Positions 24,914 through 28,778 of a DNA stretch of 28,778 nt are shown piece after piece. The notes under the pieces are model-generated. The model had not been told where the DNA came from. It searched no databases and worked only from the letters and a program-made list of their open reading frames with translations. The position numbers and the translations under genes are program-made. The stretch lies in the IMG/VR virus record IMGVR_UViG_3300030104_003227, positions 1 to 28,778 of that record. The stretch is one strand, 5' to 3'. This stretch comes from a virus. Its lineage: Duplodnaviria; Caudoviricetes. Positions within the stretch are counted from its first letter, which is position 1. The number at the start of each line of letters is the position of its first letter.

Positions 24914-25471
24914 TTATATAGCCTTCCATATACCTCTGACAGATGGTGCAATATGATCAAGATTTGCTGCTATACAAATTCTACTTCCTGTATGATCACT
25001 AGGTACAAAATGATCTAGTGCTGCTGGAAATGCTATGACTAATCCATTCTCCACAGGTCTACATGTTTCTCCTATACAAATAGGTGCAGAGTCCTCTTTA
25101 ACATCAACATAATAAACGACTGCCATAGTTGATGGGAAATGATTATGATATTTTGTTCCTTCATTAGCTCCATATGTCATAGCCCACATATTAACACAGT
25201 CGAATTGACCTTCAGTGTGCCAATACTGTGAGGCAATATTAAAAACAAACTTCTCAAAGTATGTTTGAATATCAGAAAACCTTGGATCAGTATGATGAAT
25301 GTTCCAATTAGATCTCCAATTAGCACCTACATTATTATCCTTTGTAGTTTTTTCAAATTCTTTTTTGTGATCTAAGATAGATTGTTTATGTTCAGCAAGA
25401 TGTTCCGTCCAACTTGTCTCGAAGACAGGAAGTTTAACATCTACCTTTGCAATTTCTACTTTAGTGGGCAT
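24914..25471 (-). CDS. 2OG-Fe(II) oxygenase
   Basis: MWAMTY, HNH, VVYYV, AFPAALDHFV, RICIAAN. Confidence 0.85.
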   Translation of the reverse strand: MPTKVEIAKVDVKLPVFETSWTEHLAEHKQSILDHKKEFEKTTKDNNVGANWRSNWNIHHTDPRFSDIQTYFEKFVFNIASQYWHTEGQFDCVNMWAMTYGANEGTKYHNHFPSTMAVVYYVDVKEDSAPICIGETCRPVENGLVIAFPAALDHFVPSDHTGSRICIAANLDHIAPSVRGIWKAI

Positions 25472-26031
25472 ACTTTGTCAATGTTCATAGCGACTGCGAT
25501 TCTCCTACCTTTAGTGGTAGGAACATGATGGACTACATTACCTGGAAATAGAACTAGTAATCCTGGTTCTATGTTTACTTGTTTATCTTCAAGGAATATT
25601 GGAGCAACATCCTCTTCAACATCAATATAATAAACACAAGACCATGATGATGTAAAATGATCATGCGGTTCAGCATGTTCACCTGCTTCCATCACTACTG
25701 CCCATAAAGATACTACTTTAAAGTCAGCGTGTGTATGGAAAACATTGTCCATTATATAGTTTAGCACATGTAATACATAATCGGCAACTGGTTGAAACCT
25801 GTCATCAGTTTCCAATGTATCCCACTTAGTCACCCAACACTTAACAGAATGACCTGCAGTTTCATGGGAGTCTATAATTTCTGGATCTTTATCTCTTTTC
25901 TCTAATATAATATCTTTTAAATATGCAGTGAGTTTAGGGTCTCCACCATACACTTCAAAGGTTGACACTTTAACATCAACCTTATCATGTACTATTTTTT
26001 TAGATGTAGGTTGGTTCTCCATCTTGTCCAC
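25456..26031 (-). CDS. 2OG-Fe(II) oxygenase
   Basis: LWAVVM, PHDH, SCVYYI, LFPGNVVHHV, RIAVAMN. Confidence 0.85.
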   Translation of the reverse strand: MDKMENQPTSKKIVHDKVDVKVSTFEVYGGDPKLTAYLKDIILEKRDKDPEIIDSHETAGHSVKCWVTKWDTLETDDRFQPVADYVLHVLNYIMDNVFHTHADFKVVSLWAVVMEAGEHAEPHDHFTSSWSCVYYIDVEEDVAPIFLEDKQVNIEPGLLVLFPGNVVHHVPTTKGRRIAVAMNIDKVCPLK

Positions 26032-28778
26032 CCAATGTCATAATACTAAGTTCACCCAAGTCTTCAAGGGCAGGAATACCATTATACACCCTAACAGTAT
26101 AATTATCAACTGTTCTGTCACTAATTCGTAAATTAACGATGCCACCTGGAAAGGCATTAGTACCAGAAGCAATTCCTATGACTGCATAGTTAGTGTCTGC
26201 CATAGGGTCGGCAAAGTTTACTTGGTAAACACCTGTAGATACTTGCTCAATAGAACTTACATTATGTGATCTATCGCCAGGTACATAATCACTGTTACCA
26301 ACACCTAAGTTTGTATTCAAATACCAAGAGGTAGCACGACCCTCAAACATTTGAGTGTATGTGCAAGTCTTAAGACCTGATGTGTTTTTAAACTCACCAA
26401 CCTTAGCAACTCTATTCATCTCAGGATTGAATACCTGAACAGAGTTACCCATAGATCCATACTCAGTGCCAACACCTGCACCATAGTAGAATAAGTCTGG
26501 AGTTTGTTCAGTAACTTCTATCTCAGTGTATGAACCAGTCTCAGTAACACCCTGAGTCATCTGACTTGGATTGGTAGTACCTATACCAATTGAAGTAACA
26601 CCAGATGGATGATAGTATAACCTGATTGGATAGTTAGATTGCTGTGCAGCATTCTCAAATCTATAAGTCTGACCTACCTCAAATCTTAGATAGGGTGACT
26701 CATAACCTTGAATATTGATTGACTTATCAGATCCAATACCAATGTACCTATGTCTTGTAGTTTTAGTACCGATAGTAACAGGTAATGGTTTGAATGGATT
26801 CTCATGTTCAGTGTAAAGATTCTTAGCAGTGTCTGCTGCACCAGTTAAGGTAGAGAAACTAGCAGCAGATGCAAAGGTAGCATTGGTTGCCTGAGATGCA
26901 AGACCTGCAAGTGTGGCAAAGGTTGCAACACCACAAACGATTGCTTCAGATGCAATACCAGCAAGAGTAGCACGAGGTGCCTCTACAATAGTAGCAGTAA
27001 CAATACCAGCAGAGATAGGTGATACATCTATACCAGCAGCAAAGTTAATTGTACCAGCAGTACCAACAGCAGATCCACTATCCTGAACAATAACACCACT
27101 ACCTGCAGCAACAATGTTAGTTAATTCTGAACCATCACCAATAAATTTTGGTGCTGTTATGTTATTGCTAACATTAATTGTTGCGTTGGAATCTAATTGA
27201 CTTGCTGTATTAGCAGTGACAGCAGTTTGTGAAGTCGTTGCATTAGTAGCAGTGGTAGCAACGGTGGCAATACCAGCAACATCAGCATAATTTGATTTAG
27301 CAGCAAGTGCAACAGCAACTCCATCAGCAAGACTGTTTGCAGTTTCAGCAACACCCACAGTATCTGATCCTTCTATTAATGCAACACCATTGGTGACAGT
27401 TGCACTTATATTATTTCCAAAGTTAATTGTAGCAGCAGCACCAACAATAGTACCACCATCCTCAACTTGAACACCAGATCCAACAGCAGTAACACCAGTT
27501 AATCCTGTTCCATCACCAGAGAATGCTTGAGCAGTAATGATACCAGTAGTGTTGACATTAAGGTTAGATCCAATACCAGATGGTCCTGGATCTTGTGGAA
27601 TAGAATGAGCAACAAAGGTTAAGTTAGGTTTAGAACCACGAACAATTACACTCTGTCCATTAGAAAGAGCAAGGTTGTCGATTTGAACATCCTGTAATGG
27701 TGCTAGTCTAAGACCAAAAGCAACATAGTCTGCCTCTTGGAAATCTGATACTCCCCCAGATGATATACCAACAGATAACGCTGCAGTAATATCGGGGTTT
27801 TGGTTCGTAGCATGAACCGTGATCAAACTATCTTCCTCTGCAGTAAGGATCTCTAAGTTTGTATTGATTGTATGTGGTGGTCTGAATGATAGAGTTAATG
27901 ATTCTTTTCTACCATGTGTAGCAGCAGAAACATCACTGATCTTATCGTAAATCTTAGTAGCAAATGTTAGGAAGGATACATTAGGGTCAAATGATGATAC
28001 AAATATCTTATCGCCTGGTTTGATACCAACCTTCTCAATCAATCTAGTGCCACCTCTGTCTAATTCAATACCATAAGCAATGTAGTCACTAGGTTTGAAA
28101 CCAGGTGTGCTAGAGATACCAACAGAGAATGTAGATTTAAAGTCATTCTGGTTTGCAACAGCAATACTAACCTCAAGAAGATCTTCACTCTCAAATAATA
28201 GTGTTGGTTCAACGACACCCTTAGTCAATGTAGTCTTAACAGATGCAAGACGACCTACTCTTGCTTGGAATGGATCAGGAGTTACAAAGGATGTTACTAC
28301 AGAGAATGGTGAAGTAAATGATTGACCTTCAGTACCATCAGCGTTAGATACATGCCTTAATCTTACATAGAATGTGGTAGCAGCAGCTAAACCAATATTA
28401 ATAGTCTGACTTAGAGAAGGATTAGCAGCACCAATAGATGTATAAACAACCTGAGAAGTATCAGCAAAGGTTGCATCTGTACTGACTTCAAATTCAACTC
28501 CTTTAAGTGTACCAGAAACTGCGTCACCATTGATAGCAATGTAACTACTTGAAGTTAATACGATACCAAATCTCTGAGTTACATTAGATGCATTCGTAGG
28601 TGCGACAATAAATGGTGTTTGAACACCTGGTGCATTACCTAAGGTAGCAAACGATACTATACCAGCAGAGTAATCAGAATAATATCCAGTAAATGCTTGA
28701 CCATCATTGTTAGATATGTGTCTTACTCTTGCATAGTAAGTAGTAAATCCAGCTAGGACTCCAGAAATTCCAGAACCA
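26000..28778 (-). CDS. Large virion fibre/structural protein (partial, 5' end outside window; more than 920 aa)
   Basis: The frame stays open from 28777 through the track's TTG at 28228. It has FN3-like repeats (YYARVRH, FYVRLRH), GIITA..FSGDGTGLT / FIGDGSELT fibre motifs, A-x-x-A stalk repeats and a C-terminal NVSSI...GVYQVNF...NYAV domain. Confidence 0.8.
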   Translation of the reverse strand, partial: GSGISGVLAGFTTYYARVRHISNNDGQAFTGYYSDYSAGIVSFATLGNAPGVQTPFIVAPTNASNVTQRFGIVLTSSSYIAINGDAVSGTLKGVEFEVSTDATFADTSQVVYTSIGAANPSLSQTINIGLAAATTFYVRLRHVSNADGTEGQSFTSPFSVVTSFVTPDPFQARVGRLASVKTTLTKGVVEPTLLFESEDLLEVSIAVANQNDFKSTFSVGISSTPGFKPSDYIAYGIELDRGGTRLIEKVGIKPGDKIFVSSFDPNVSFLTFATKIYDKISDVSAATHGRKESLTLSFRPPHTINTNLEILTAEEDSLITVHATNQNPDITAALSVGISSGGVSDFQEADYVAFGLRLAPLQDVQIDNLALSNGQSVIVRGSKPNLTFVAHSIPQDPGPSGIGSNLNVNTTGIITAQAFSGDGTGLTGVTAVGSGVQVEDGGTIVGAAATINFGNNISATVTNGVALIEGSDTVGVAETANSLADGVAVALAAKSNYADVAGIATVATTATNATTSQTAVTANTASQLDSNATINVSNNITAPKFIGDGSELTNIVAAGSGVIVQDSGSAVGTAGTINFAAGIDVSPISAGIVTATIVEAPRATLAGIASEAIVCGVATFATLAGLASQATNATFASAASFSTLTGAADTAKNLYTEHENPFKPLPVTIGTKTTRHRYIGIGSDKSINIQGYESPYLRFEVGQTYRFENAAQQSNYPIRLYYHPSGVTSIGIGTTNPSQMTQGVTETGSYTEIEVTEQTPDLFYYGAGVGTEYGSMGNSVQVFNPEMNRVAKVGEFKNTSGLKTCTYTQMFEGRATSWYLNTNLGVGNSDYVPGDRSHNVSSIEQVSTGVYQVNFADPMADTNYAVIGIASGTNAFPGGIVNLRISDRTVDNYTVRVYNGIPALEDLGELSIMTLGGQDGEPTYI

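Noticed and set aside
45-28325. Short opposite-strand ORFs in the track (e.g. 45-284, 2045-2365, 3513-3896, 8447-8755, 10846-11175, 21581-21883, 28095-28325)
   Set aside because: They are antisense shadows of well-supported genes, with Ser/Pro/Ile-biased composition and no RBS or motifs.

Overview
This AT-rich window is part of a T4-like marine cyanomyovirus genome. The host is probably Prochlorococcus or Synechococcus, inferred from talC, ho1, a CP12-like gene, phoH, thyX and DUF4278. It holds the baseplate/tail block (gp5 and two beta-helix partners, a hub-like gene, two tape-measure-like genes, gp26, gp51, a tube-like gene, gp4, gp2-like, gp48, gp53) and the replication/transcription block (gp32, gp33, exonuclease, phoH, thyX, glutaredoxin). 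It also has four 2OG-Fe(II) oxygenases, a C-N hydrolase, an epimerase and the truncated 3' part of a large fibre gene. Non-coding elements include a manA/CfrI-like structured RNA, tandem glutamine-riboswitch-like aptamers, an NtcA box, sigma70 and T4-late promoters, and terminators. Two observations stand out. (1) A candidate -1 programmed frameshift (SD-like GGAGG, 10 nt, T TTT TTC) would fuse gp26 to the short gp51 ORF just upstream of the tape-measure-like genes, like lambda G/GT. (2) A nitrogen-sensing cassette (NtcA box, two glutamine aptamers, DUF4278) has a 59-codon ORF threaded through the second aptamer. All calls come from reading the sequence by eye; no database search or folding program was run.
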